Shown here piece after piece: positions 40,401 to 47,471 of a stretch of 64,000 nt of DNA (position 1 is the stretch's first letter; each line of letters starts with the position of its first letter). The stretch comes from a virus. The position numbers and the translations under genes are program-made. The stretch spans positions 96,001-160,000 of IMG/VR virus record IMGVR_UViG_3300029319_009044. One strand, 5' to 3'. The notes under the pieces are model-generated. The model saw only the letters and a program-made list of their open reading frames with translations, was not told the origin of the DNA and made no database searches.

Positions 40401-41212
40401 GTGAATGTGCCTACTCCAAGCTTACCATCATCTGCAAAAATTATATCTCCTCCATTTTTATCTATAAAATGAGCAATAGGTTGTGTACCGTCTTGACGAA
40501 CAAATAATGCAGGACCGGTACCTGTATTAACTACAGATAGAGCTGATGTAACACTAACGTTAGTATCAATATAATGCATGTCTCCATGCACGCTTAGATT
40601 ACCTAATATTGTACTATCACCGTCAATATTTAAATTACATCTAGCACTTAAATTACCATTTACTTCAATAGTAGTACCGAGTTCACTTATGAGACTATCG
40701 CCTATACAAGATGAAGCGGTAAACTTAGGTATTTTATTTATAGTACCAGCTCCACCTACTCCACCTGCCGCTCCACCTGCGCCAAATATGTCTAAAAGAT
40801 CTGTACCACCAGAAATAAAAGAAGAAGCAGCAAAAATTGAATTAGCACTTAAGTTACTTCCCGCACTTATAAATCCTGTAACCGTTAAATTACCTTCAAT
40901 ATCATTTACACTACCACCACTTCCAGTATTTTCTACAAATTTAACTCCACCTTGCCCATCAGCTGCTAATATTAACCCTTCAGATATATTAGTAGTTTTT
41001 AAATCAATACTTTCTACTACTACTTGATCACTACTTAATGGCTCACCTCTCCATTTACCTAGATAACTTCCAGAAGATATACCTGTACCAAATATAGTAT
41101 TAGAAGAACTAATACCTCCTGCTACAGTAAGTTGTTGCTCGGGTTTAGTCCCTATTCCTATTTTACCAAGGAATACGTTATTTTGACCTTCAAATGTTCT
41201 AATGAGCCCCAT
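34430..41212 (-). CDS. Long tail fibre-like protein B (2260 aa, paralog of A)
   Basis: Shares modules with fibre A; C-terminal G.LV.IG..GK...VFGV...GAEPVLV.G.IK.GDYITTS..PG.G...IIAQALE resembles a fibre C-terminal/chaperone-like domain. Confidence 0.8.
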   Translation of the reverse strand: MGLIRTFEGQNNVFLGKIGIGTKPEQQLTVAGGISSSNTIFGTGISSGSYLGKWRGEPLSSDQVVVESIDLKTTNISEGLILAADGQGGVKFVENTGSGGSVNDIEGNLTVTGFISAGSNLSANSIFAASSFISGGTDLLDIFGAGGAAGGVGGAGTINKIPKFTASSCIGDSLISELGTTIEVNGNLSARCNLNIDGDSTILGNLSVHGDMHYIDTNVSVTSALSVVNTGTGPALFVRQDGTQPIAHFIDKNGGDIIFADDGKLGVGTFTPGEKISVVGNISASGVLYSGNNLCVNADNPTNAVIGQSRIGNYVGDNAYFSHFDNGTSTNYAVKQNASGATGLNAKSGQCLFFNINNTEQVHVSDGVFGPQTDSDVDLGTTGVRWKSGFLDNITVGSDATLNDVSVGNLDVEIGNLCVCTATDASSSSTGAVQILGGVGIAKKLYVGTDLDVDGTANLDAVDIDGAVQIDNTVTVGVDDTGYDVKFFGDTASAYMLWDASTDDLVLGGAAGLTLPESKLTIGSTLVTKTGGEINAATDCLGTVTCVGAGTGLTGAVTSAGNLAVAAAQTGITSILATDIKIGEDDETKIDFEDTNTINFYTDNEKQLILTDGFLTPGSNAAVDLGTDALEFNNAFFDGTVKLDNIKICGSQGANGQVLASTGSGICWHTPTTGDITGVTAGTGLNGGGTSGAVTLNVDAAQTVITSLLATDIKIGEDDETKIDFETADEIHFYAANAEQVYVADGIFGPRTDSDVDLGTSGVRWKDTYVDKIVAGDITINSSTISDGGTLIIDAEADLVLDANGGDICLKDGGTEFGRLRNNSSNFVVESKISDQNLIICGNDGGVQTVALTFNMSDAGTATFNNKVCIGDSKLVLNSTPVDSTAAELNQINSITDGIVAANKAVIVDTNKDITGFRNITLTGELDAASLDIEGDADINGTTNLDAVDIDGAVQIDSTVTVGVDDTGYDVKFFGATAGSFMMWDESEDALCLTDSTPLKIGDDGDLQIYHDGSNSYIDDTDTGDLILRANDQVKIQGYNNSHNMAVLNKGDSVDLYFNNSKKLETTNTGIDVTGEVKGDSLDIDGASQLDGTLTVGVDDTGYDVKFFGDTASAYMLWDASVDDLILGGAAGLCVAGNVDVDGTTNLDAVDIDGNVQLDGTLTVGCNTQGKNVKLFGLCSGVYMCWCANDGNDHLCLEAAKLCIPQNCLHIGGTSVTRTAAQINAATDCLGTVTSVAGGTGLTSTGGTTPSLSVDAAQTGITSILATDLKIGEDDETKIDFETADEIHFYANNTEQVYLGDNIFGPQSDSDVDLGTNLVRWKDAYVDKIVAGGITINSSTISDGGTMILDSGGDIKLDAAGNDVCLLVDGTAFGKLRKDGSDNFLIQSLIDDKDIKFCGSDNGSAIAALTLDMSEAGAATFNNKVIATELEISGNVDIDGTTNLDAVDIDGTTQIDGTVTVGVDDTGYDVKFFGDTASAYMLWDASADDLILGGAAGLCVSGDADIDGTLEADAITVGGATLASVIQGTTVTTAQNATNSCKLNIADNEDTNEDNLIPFIADAGSTGNVALESDGHLHYNPSTGRVTATQLAGTLQTAAQTNITSLGTLTTLDVNGTANLDAVDIDGNVQLDGTLTVGVDDTGYDVKFFGDTASAYMLWDASEDDLILGGAAGLTLPESKLTIGSTLVTRTAAQINAATDCLGTVTCVGAGTGLTGAVTSAGNLAVAAAQTGITSILATDIKIGEDDETKIDFETADTINFYAGDEKQLILTDGFLTPGSNAIVDLGTDALEFNNAFFDGTVELDNLTIAGSQGSSGQVLASTGSGICWHTPTTGDIEGVTAGTGLNGGGTSGTVTLNVDAAQTGITSILATDLKIGEDDETKIDFETADEIHFYAANAEQVYVADGIFGPQTDSDVDLGSSSVRWKSGFLDNITVGSDATLNDVSVGNLDVEIGNLCVCTATDASSSSTGAVQILGGVGIAKKLYVGTDLDVNGTANLDAVDIDGNVQLDGTLTVGVNDTGYDVQFFGATADRFLKWDESENALCLTDNTHLKIGDDDDLQIYHSGGHNFITAEGGAGSLYIRPGSGNTVQIEDKDGQDMITAGGAGAVNLYYNNSVKIQTTTGGVCVTGDVCASGNGYFDCVIAGGYFEEKAANDELAEYETGSLVVIGKDGKLILSTKRNDKNVFGVTQKGAKQPIVLGAEPVLVTGEIKIGDYITTSNKPGHGERSTNTIHGTIIAQALESGNGESHIVKAMVRKM

Positions 41213-41254
41213 TTAACATATTTAATGGGGAGTATATGTATTAACTAGTACATA

Positions 41255-42190
41255 TTATTGCTTAGGTGTTTTGATATGAGGAACATCTACTTGACTTAAA
41301 GTATGATGTAAAAGCTTCTCATGGGATACACGCTCCGGATTAATATCAATACCACCACGTCGAGCATATAAACAACGAACAGCAAGCTCATCAGGTTCTA
41401 TAGCATCCATTAGTCTCTTATAAACAGCTTCACAAATTTCTTCATGAAAATGACATTCATCTCTAAAAGATACAATATATTGCAGCAAAGAGATAGGATC
41501 TACAGTATTTTTACCTTTCATATAGATATAAACATCACCCCAATCAGGCTGCGAGGTTACCCTACAATTAGATTTAAGAAGCGCACTATGATAATATACT
41601 TTTTCAGAAGGAGCGTCTTCTATCTCTCTTAGTAAGTTAGGATCTTCAGCATATACAGTAAATTCTACATCTTCAATAGGGTATTCATCTTCAAGAGTTA
41701 TATAACTCGGAGTACAATCTTCACCATGCATCCATTCTTTTTTAGCAGTAAACAAATTAGTATCAGATAATACGTATGCATTAGTATGAACTTTAACTTG
41801 AACTTTAGTTTCAAGCAATTTACTTAAGTCCTGAGAAGCAATATCACTAATATTTTTTAATACCTCATCAGTAGTTTCACCTAATCGAGTCATATTAAAC
41901 GAATTAAAATATAATTTAATAGATTTAGATTCTACAATATACTTACTACTACATGGATAAACTACTTTAGCTACACCAACTACAGGGAGACCATTTACAG
42001 TTAGAGCAGAAATTTCATACGCATTCCAAGTATCATAACCTAAAAAGGGAAGATTATTATCATCAATATTTAAATGAGTTCTATTAGACTGACGAGGCTC
42101 TTTAACTAAGAGCGTAGCATCATACTTTGATTTATACTTAGACGTCTGCCCAAGATGCTTACTAATATTGCTGTTATCAAGTTTTACCAT
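41255..42190 (-). CDS. queF: NADPH-dependent preQ0 reductase QueF (bimodular, YqcD type)
   Basis: DTWNAYEIS, QueF motif VESKSIKLYFNSFN, catalytic LKSNCRVTSQPDWG, FHEEICE, YARRGGIDINP; start moved to ATG 42190, 5 nt after a -10 box. Confidence 0.93.
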   Translation of the reverse strand: MVKLDNSNISKHLGQTSKYKSKYDATLLVKEPRQSNRTHLNIDDNNLPFLGYDTWNAYEISALTVNGLPVVGVAKVVYPCSSKYIVESKSIKLYFNSFNMTRLGETTDEVLKNISDIASQDLSKLLETKVQVKVHTNAYVLSDTNLFTAKKEWMHGEDCTPSYITLEDEYPIEDVEFTVYAEDPNLLREIEDAPSEKVYYHSALLKSNCRVTSQPDWGDVYIYMKGKNTVDPISLLQYIVSFRDECHFHEEICEAVYKRLMDAIEPDELAVRCLYARRGGIDINPERVSHEKLLHHTLSQVDVPHIKTPKQ

Positions 42191-42191
42191 A

Positions 42192-42785
42192 TTAAATTTT
42201 AATATCAATATTATAAGATTCAAGAGTACTCTTAATACATTCTAGTCTTTCCTCTACTGTACCTTTTAAAATTACTACTTTAGGACCATCTTTAATAAGA
42301 TCAAATTTCAAATACATATCAAAGAGACCAATAATATCATTACGAAATATATTATCAACACTTCTTTCACCATCATCTACTAGCTTAACATCCTTATGAC
42401 TAGTATAAAAAATAACATCATATTTGTTTATAAGCTTTTTATACATGAGATCACAAGCATCATAAGTAGCTCTATTAATTTTGCCTTTATTTAAAAGATA
42501 ATGACTATAAACTATACCATCTAATGCACATCTATCAAATATTTGATGAACTCCTCTTAAAAGACGATCAGCTCCACCTCTAAAAATATTTCTAACATGC
42601 TCAGTCATTATAAGCAGTTGAGTCAGATCATTGCCGCTTTCATTGATATGCATATTATATTCTCTTTTAATTAACCTTGTAACTTCAGGAACAAACTCAA
42701 ACGGATACATACCGTTCTCTTTATACAAATGCTTAAGTAAAGTAGTTTTACCTGTACACTGAGCTCCAGTAAACGAAAAGATCAT
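42192..42785 (-). CDS. P-loop nucleotide kinase-like protein (AAA_28 type)
   Basis: TGAQCTGKTT, DRCALDGIVYS, YDVIFY, DDGERS. Confidence 0.7.
   Translation of the reverse strand: MIFSFTGAQCTGKTTLLKHLYKENGMYPFEFVPEVTRLIKREYNMHINESGNDLTQLLIMTEHVRNIFRGGADRLLRGVHQIFDRCALDGIVYSHYLLNKGKINRATYDACDLMYKKLINKYDVIFYTSHKDVKLVDDGERSVDNIFRNDIIGLFDMYLKFDLIKDGPKVVILKGTVEERLECIKSTLESYNIDIKI
42196..42223 (-). promoter_or_regulatory. Sigma70-like promoter of queF
   Basis: TTGAAT-N16-TAAAAT-N5-ATG(42190) on the minus strand. Confidence 0.6.
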
Positions 42786-43342
42786 ACCTTATTATATAAA
42801 CGTTCCTTTAGAAAACTACCCCAAGTTGCAAGAGAAGTTGATCTTAAAGCACTATACATTTCATCTAATGTTAATATATTAGCTGTAGAAACTTCAGAGT
42901 ATGTATCAATTTCACCTGCATCTACTTCTTCTACTACCTTATGCACAACACTACCTACCATATCATACTTATGAATATCTGCCCACGCTCTTTGCTGCGG
43001 GTCTTTTCCTTTAAGTTCAGGGTATTTAGTTATAAGACCTGGATGACCGTTATAGATGTTATACTTAGCGCATTTATCTGGAGGCACTATTCGAAGCCAA
43101 CCATTTAAAGTTATCAATGTATCATCTGCAGATTCTACAACCTCGTCTAAGATATCTAAGGTTTTAGCCTCTTTACCAAAAGTAGTTAACCATCGATATT
43201 CTACGCCTTTCAGAATATTAAAAATATTACTTGGATGGTTATTCGAAATAATAAGATCAGGTACTCTATTTATTTGATTTGATATATCTATTATTTCTTG
43301 ACCTGTTTGAGAAAATAATGCAATCCAATTATTATACTTCAT
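42782..43342 (-). CDS. PurN-like formyltransferase (candidate preQ1 formyltransferase, DpdN-like)
   Basis: ALFSQTG, LNGWLRI, YNGHPG, GSVVHKV..EVDAGE formyltransferase motifs; cotranscribed with the kinase and queF. Confidence 0.75.
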   Translation of the reverse strand: MKYNNWIALFSQTGQEIIDISNQINRVPDLIISNNHPSNIFNILKGVEYRWLTTFGKEAKTLDILDEVVESADDTLITLNGWLRIVPPDKCAKYNIYNGHPGLITKYPELKGKDPQQRAWADIHKYDMVGSVVHKVVEEVDAGEIDTYSEVSTANILTLDEMYSALRSTSLATWGSFLKERLYNKV

Positions 43343-43722
43343 TATAAATATTCTAATGCCAAATAATTAATTAGCAAGTGTATGGTATTATCACAAGCTA
43401 CTAATAACCAAAGTGAAAGCCATTGTGGTACTTCTTTATGGTAACCTGTTTCTTTACAATCTTCCCACTTATGCCAATATTTTTTAGGGCTAAGGCGACT
43501 TTTAGCAAACACTACATAACGCGCTAATCTAAATCTATCAATTAAAAAATGAGTAATACAAATTACCGCAAAAGCTTCTAAAGAAGGGCATAATATCAAG
43601 AAAGGTAAAGAGTATGTGATCGCATGCGCTGCAGCTGCTTTACTACACTTCGTTTTATTAAGTGCCATCCAATCGCTCTGAAGAAGATAGTCACCAATTA
43701 GATGGAGTATTAACTGGAGCAT
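43342..43722 (-). CDS. DUF3307-like membrane protein
   Basis: HLIGDYLLQSDWMA.NK, H...HFLIDR, DNTIH. Confidence 0.7.
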   Translation of the reverse strand: MLQLILHLIGDYLLQSDWMALNKTKCSKAAAAHAITYSLPFLILCPSLEAFAVICITHFLIDRFRLARYVVFAKSRLSPKKYWHKWEDCKETGYHKEVPQWLSLWLLVACDNTIHLLINYLALEYL

Positions 43723-43779
43723 TTATTTATTATTTTATACAAGGAAGCATAATTTTCAAGGTGTATATTAAATAATTTT

Positions 43780-44061
43780 GTGGAAGAGTTTTTTAAGCTA
43801 GTAACAGAAGTAGGATTTCCAATAGCAGGTGCTGTTGTATGTGGAGGTTTTGTATTTATTATTTTAAAATTTATATTGAGTGAGATAACTAGCTCAGTAA
43901 AAGGATTAGGGAGTATGATTAAATCATTAGAAAATAGAGTTCAAACTATGAATAACGATATAGTAAAAATTGATACTTTAGTTTCTTATGCTTTTAATAA
44001 ACAACCTAATTTAGATAGACTAGCAGCTAACGAAGGGAAGGAGGATGCAAGAAAAGACTAA
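43780..44061 (+). CDS. Small single-pass membrane protein with coiled coil (GFPI motif)
   Basis: EVGFPIAG + hydrophobic helix + LENRVQTMNNDIVKID; TAAATA-N5-GTG upstream. Confidence 0.7.
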   Translation: MEEFFKLVTEVGFPIAGAVVCGGFVFIILKFILSEITSSVKGLGSMIKSLENRVQTMNNDIVKIDTLVSYAFNKQPNLDRLAANEGKEDARKD

Positions 44062-44360
44062 TGACTGATACTATTGTAAAAATAATAAATGATTTTGGTT
44101 TTCCCATTTTTGCAGCTTTTGGGTTAGGATATTTTGTTTACTATACTTGGAATTGGGTAGTAAAAGAAATAAAGCCTGTATTAGATGAATCTACAGGAAC
44201 TTTGATAGGGCTTATCGATAGAATAAGAATGTTAGATAATGATATGATTAGACTTAACACTAAGATTCAAATGATACTACAGGAAAAAGATAGAATTAAA
44301 GAATTAGAAAAAAAAGAAAATCGAAGAAAAAATACACATATTTTAGATACTAAGCTCTAG
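44061..44360 (+). CDS. Small single-pass membrane protein, paralog of the preceding gene
   Basis: DFGFPIFA + hydrophobic helix + LIDRIRMLDNDMIRLN. Confidence 0.7.
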   Translation: MTDTIVKIINDFGFPIFAAFGLGYFVYYTWNWVVKEIKPVLDESTGTLIGLIDRIRMLDNDMIRLNTKIQMILQEKDRIKELEKKENRRKNTHILDTKL

Positions 44361-44390
44361 CCATATATATTAATAGAGGTAAATAGAGTT

Positions 44391-44855
44391 ATGAAGTGTT
44401 TATGTTTCTTAATACTTTTATGTAGCAGTAGTCTAGCTAATGAATTAACATTTAGGTTTAAATCTCCTTCATTTAGTGGTATTGGATACAGTGCGCATAA
44501 AATAAATCTAGAAAATATATCTGCGGCCAGAAAGAAAACAATTAGAGATGAATTAAAATCATTAGAAATTCAAGCTAATTTAGCTGCCCAGAGAACTCCA
44601 TTGAATGTATTTATGACAAATTTACAGTCAAGGATTTATTCAGAGCTCTCTAAACAGGTTACAGAGCAGCTATTTGCTGATACTGGTTCTGATTCAGGTT
44701 CTTTTAATCTTGATGGTAATACTATATCATGGTATAGATTAGCTGACCAAATAAATCTGACAGTAACTGATACTGATGGTGATCTTACTAACATATTAAT
44801 TCCTATTGGATCACTTCTATTACCTGAGCCAACTAATGAAACAACTACTGAATAG
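44391..44855 (+). CDS. csgF: Curli assembly protein CsgF-like
   Basis: Signal peptide then ELTFRFKSPSFSG, F..NLQSRIYSELS..V...LF, GSFNLDG, I.LTVTD..G..T.I.IP. Confidence 0.8.
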   Translation: MKCLCFLILLCSSSLANELTFRFKSPSFSGIGYSAHKINLENISAARKKTIRDELKSLEIQANLAAQRTPLNVFMTNLQSRIYSELSKQVTEQLFADTGSDSGSFNLDGNTISWYRLADQINLTVTDTDGDLTNILIPIGSLLLPEPTNETTTE

Positions 44856-45720
44856 TCTTTTAAGTTTAACACTTTTAAGCGGTTGCGCAACTTTTAATGA
44901 TAGTGAACTTAATAAACCTCCTATCGTAGCTCCAACCCCTTTAAAAAATAAATTAACTACTATACCAGAATTAGATGGTGAGCCTATTTATATTGGAGTT
45001 AATAGCTTTAAAGACTTAACTGGAGCAAGAAAACAAGCTGATAATTATGCAAGTTTCTCTTCTGCAGTTACTCAAGGTGGTGAAGCATGGTTAATTGAAT
45101 CTCTCTTAGAGTCAAATGGTTGGTTTAAAGTTTTAGAAAGAGGTCAATTAGATACAGTAATGAGAGAAAGAGCTTTAGTTCAACAAACTAGAGAAGACTT
45201 TACTGATGATGATGAAACTGGATTAAAACCTTTATTATTTGCTGGATTGCTTATACATGGAGGAATTATAAGTTATGATACTAATATGATTTCTGGTGGT
45301 GTGGGAGCTGCCTACTTAGGTATAGGTGCTCATGAACAGTACAGGAAAGATGTAGTTACTGTATCATTAAGATTAGTGAGTACGTTAACTAGTGAGATTC
45401 TTTTATCTTCAACTGTATCAAAAACTATATACTCAACCTCACTAGGATCAGATGTATTTAAATTTGTTAACCAAGCTTTAGATTCACTTGAATTTGAAAT
45501 AGGATATGCTAAAAATGAGCTAGTATCGGTAGCTACTAGAGCAGCTATAGATTTAGCTATTTTAGATTTAATTGAAAAAGGAGAAAAAAATAAAATGTGG
45601 AAATTTAAAAAGAGCACTGTAAAAAAATTACCTAAAATAACTGAAAAAGAACAAGTTAAAAAAGAACCATTAAGTAAAAATAAGAAATATAAGTCTTCGT
45701 TTAATAAAATAAAAAGATAG
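44836..45720 (+). CDS. csgG: Curli secretion channel CsgG-like lipoprotein
   Basis: Lipobox LSGC; FKDLTG.RK, SSAVTQGG, WFKVLERG.LD....ER, GGIISYDTN..SGG.GA.YLGIG...QYR.D.VTVSLR.VS; start moved to ATG 44836. Confidence 0.92.
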   Translation: MKQLLNSLLSLTLLSGCATFNDSELNKPPIVAPTPLKNKLTTIPELDGEPIYIGVNSFKDLTGARKQADNYASFSSAVTQGGEAWLIESLLESNGWFKVLERGQLDTVMRERALVQQTREDFTDDDETGLKPLLFAGLLIHGGIISYDTNMISGGVGAAYLGIGAHEQYRKDVVTVSLRLVSTLTSEILLSSTVSKTIYSTSLGSDVFKFVNQALDSLEFEIGYAKNELVSVATRAAIDLAILDLIEKGEKNKMWKFKKSTVKKLPKITEKEQVKKEPLSKNKKYKSSFNKIKR

Positions 45721-45739
45721 ATTTTTAATAAATAATTTT

Positions 45740-46570
45740 ATGAACATAAAATCTATTTTAACAGCTATTCTTTTATCTAGTGGTTTAGTATTCTCTTCAA
45801 ATGAAATTTACTTAGATCAGATAGGTAGTGCAGGTATATTTAATATATCTCAAATTGGATCTAGTAACAAATTAGGAGAAGGTAATAATCGATCTAGAAT
45901 TGAAGGAGAAGAAGTTATTTTTAATGTAGCAACTATAGGTAATGAAAATTTAATAGATATTGACTCTATAGGAAATGAAGAAGTAGTAAATCTTCAAGTA
46001 GAAGGCGATGCTAATGACTTTATTTTAGCTCTTGAAGGTGATCAAAATACTGTAAATGCTTTTGTAGCAGGAGATACTAACAGCATTTTAATTGCAGGAG
46101 ACCAGGAAGATACACAAAAAGCTACTGTAAATAATGGATTAATAAATTTAAATGTTGAGGGTGCTTCAAATGATATAGAGTTATTACTATTTGATACATC
46201 ATATACTTTTACAGATTATTTTATTGGTGGCTCTTTAAATACCATTAGCTCTTATCAAGAAGGTCATGGTGGTTTAATTGGACATTCACAACTAGTTGAT
46301 GTTTTTGGTAGTAGTAATAATTTATTAATATCTCAAGTAGGTTCTGAAAGTCAATTTATTGAGCTCTCAGTTTTAGGAAATGAAAACACATATCAAATAT
46401 ATCAAACAGATGGAAGCTTTGATCCATCATTCATGCCTGAGCAAATTGGTAACGAGGTTAACCCAGTTAACGATTTTTCAAATCCCGATGGTATTCCAAA
46501 AGTTCCAACACTTGTTATCGAGCCACGTCCATTATTACTCGAAGGTATTGTTCTCGAACAGGGTCAGTAA
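45740..46570 (+). CDS. Secreted curlin-like beta-solenoid protein (CsgA/CsgB-like)
   Basis: Signal peptide; NEIYLDQIG...ISQIGSSN and ~11-residue x-x-G-x-x-N periodicity throughout. Confidence 0.7.
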   Translation: MNIKSILTAILLSSGLVFSSNEIYLDQIGSAGIFNISQIGSSNKLGEGNNRSRIEGEEVIFNVATIGNENLIDIDSIGNEEVVNLQVEGDANDFILALEGDQNTVNAFVAGDTNSILIAGDQEDTQKATVNNGLINLNVEGASNDIELLLFDTSYTFTDYFIGGSLNTISSYQEGHGGLIGHSQLVDVFGSSNNLLISQVGSESQFIELSVLGNENTYQIYQTDGSFDPSFMPEQIGNEVNPVNDFSNPDGIPKVPTLVIEPRPLLLEGIVLEQGQ

Positions 46571-47471
46571 TATAGTTCTTATAATAAGTTTTATCTTATT
46601 ACCTATACTTGCTTACGCTGACATAGGCAGTGTAACGTCTCAAACTAAAGCAGCTAGAATTACCCGTAAAGGGGATAAATTTCTTACTGAAGTTAATACT
46701 TTAGTTGAAATGAGAGATTTAATTGAAACCTTAAAAGGTAAGGCTAATATAAAATTTATAGATGATACTAAAGTAAGTGTCACGGAATATTCTAAACTTG
46801 TAATAGATGAATTTGTTTATAACCCAGAAAAGAAAACAGGTAAACTATCGTTAAAAGCAGCATTAGGTACTATAAGATATTCTTCAGGTAAAATTGCTAA
46901 GAATTCTCGACAAAATGTAAAGATAAAATCTCCAACTGCTTCAGTTACTGTTAGAGGTACTGATTTTACTATGAATGTTCAAGAAGATGGAGCTAGTAGT
47001 TTTCTATTATTACCATCAAAGGATGATGCTGGTAACTCATTTGTTGGATCTATAGATGTTTCAACTCTTGGAGGTACTGTTACTTTAAATAAAGCGTATC
47101 AAGCAACTACTGTTACTTCAGCTATAGCAGCACCAACACCACCGCAAGTTATACAACAAGATGGTCCTCAAGTAAAGAAAGATAAAAATAAAAAAGAAAA
47201 TATAGAAGAAGATACAAAACCAGAAGATGATGAAAAACAACAAGATTTTGAAGATATTAAAATAAAGAGAAAAGAAAAGAAAGCCAAAAATGCTTTTTTA
47301 AAAATGGATGATGGGAGATATGTTTTCTTTTCTAAAGATAAAGATAATATTATTTCTCTTATAGTAGAAGATGGTAGCAACGTTACAGTAAATTATGATA
47401 ATAGAGGCAGTATTATTAACGCTAAGATGAACTCAGGTAATAACGTACAATTTAACATAAAACAACAATGA
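46380..47471 (+). CDS. FecR-domain periplasmic protein (true start probably ~46488-46548)
   Basis: Signal-like IVLIISFILLPILAYA; D.IET..G...I.F.DDT...VTEYSKL.IDEF.Y, GTIRY.SG.I, IKSPTASVTVRGTDF. Confidence 0.8.
   Translation: MKTHIKYIKQMEALIHHSCLSKLVTRLTQLTIFQIPMVFQKFQHLLSSHVHYYSKVLFSNRVSNIVLIISFILLPILAYADIGSVTSQTKAARITRKGDKFLTEVNTLVEMRDLIETLKGKANIKFIDDTKVSVTEYSKLVIDEFVYNPEKKTGKLSLKAALGTIRYSSGKIAKNSRQNVKIKSPTASVTVRGTDFTMNVQEDGASSFLLLPSKDDAGNSFVGSIDVSTLGGTVTLNKAYQATTVTSAIAAPTPPQVIQQDGPQVKKDKNKKENIEEDTKPEDDEKQQDFEDIKIKRKEKKAKNAFLKMDDGRYVFFSKDKDNIISLIVEDGSNVTVNYDNRGSIINAKMNSGNNVQFNIKQQ

Noticed and set aside
27429-41027. Plus-strand ORFs antisense to the fibre genes
   Set aside because: Shadow ORFs of repetitive G/T/A/D-rich codons; no promoters or motifs
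27557-41212. Repeats considered as a CRISPR array or DGR template/variable repeats
   Set aside because: Repeats are long, in-frame and protein-coding with no spacer pattern; no reverse transcriptase or cas gene in the window; differences do not look adenine-restricted
42782-43342. purN as an auxiliary purine-synthesis gene
   Set aside because: Divergent, no other pur genes in the window, and operonic with queF; a deazaguanine formyltransferase role fits better, though it is not proven
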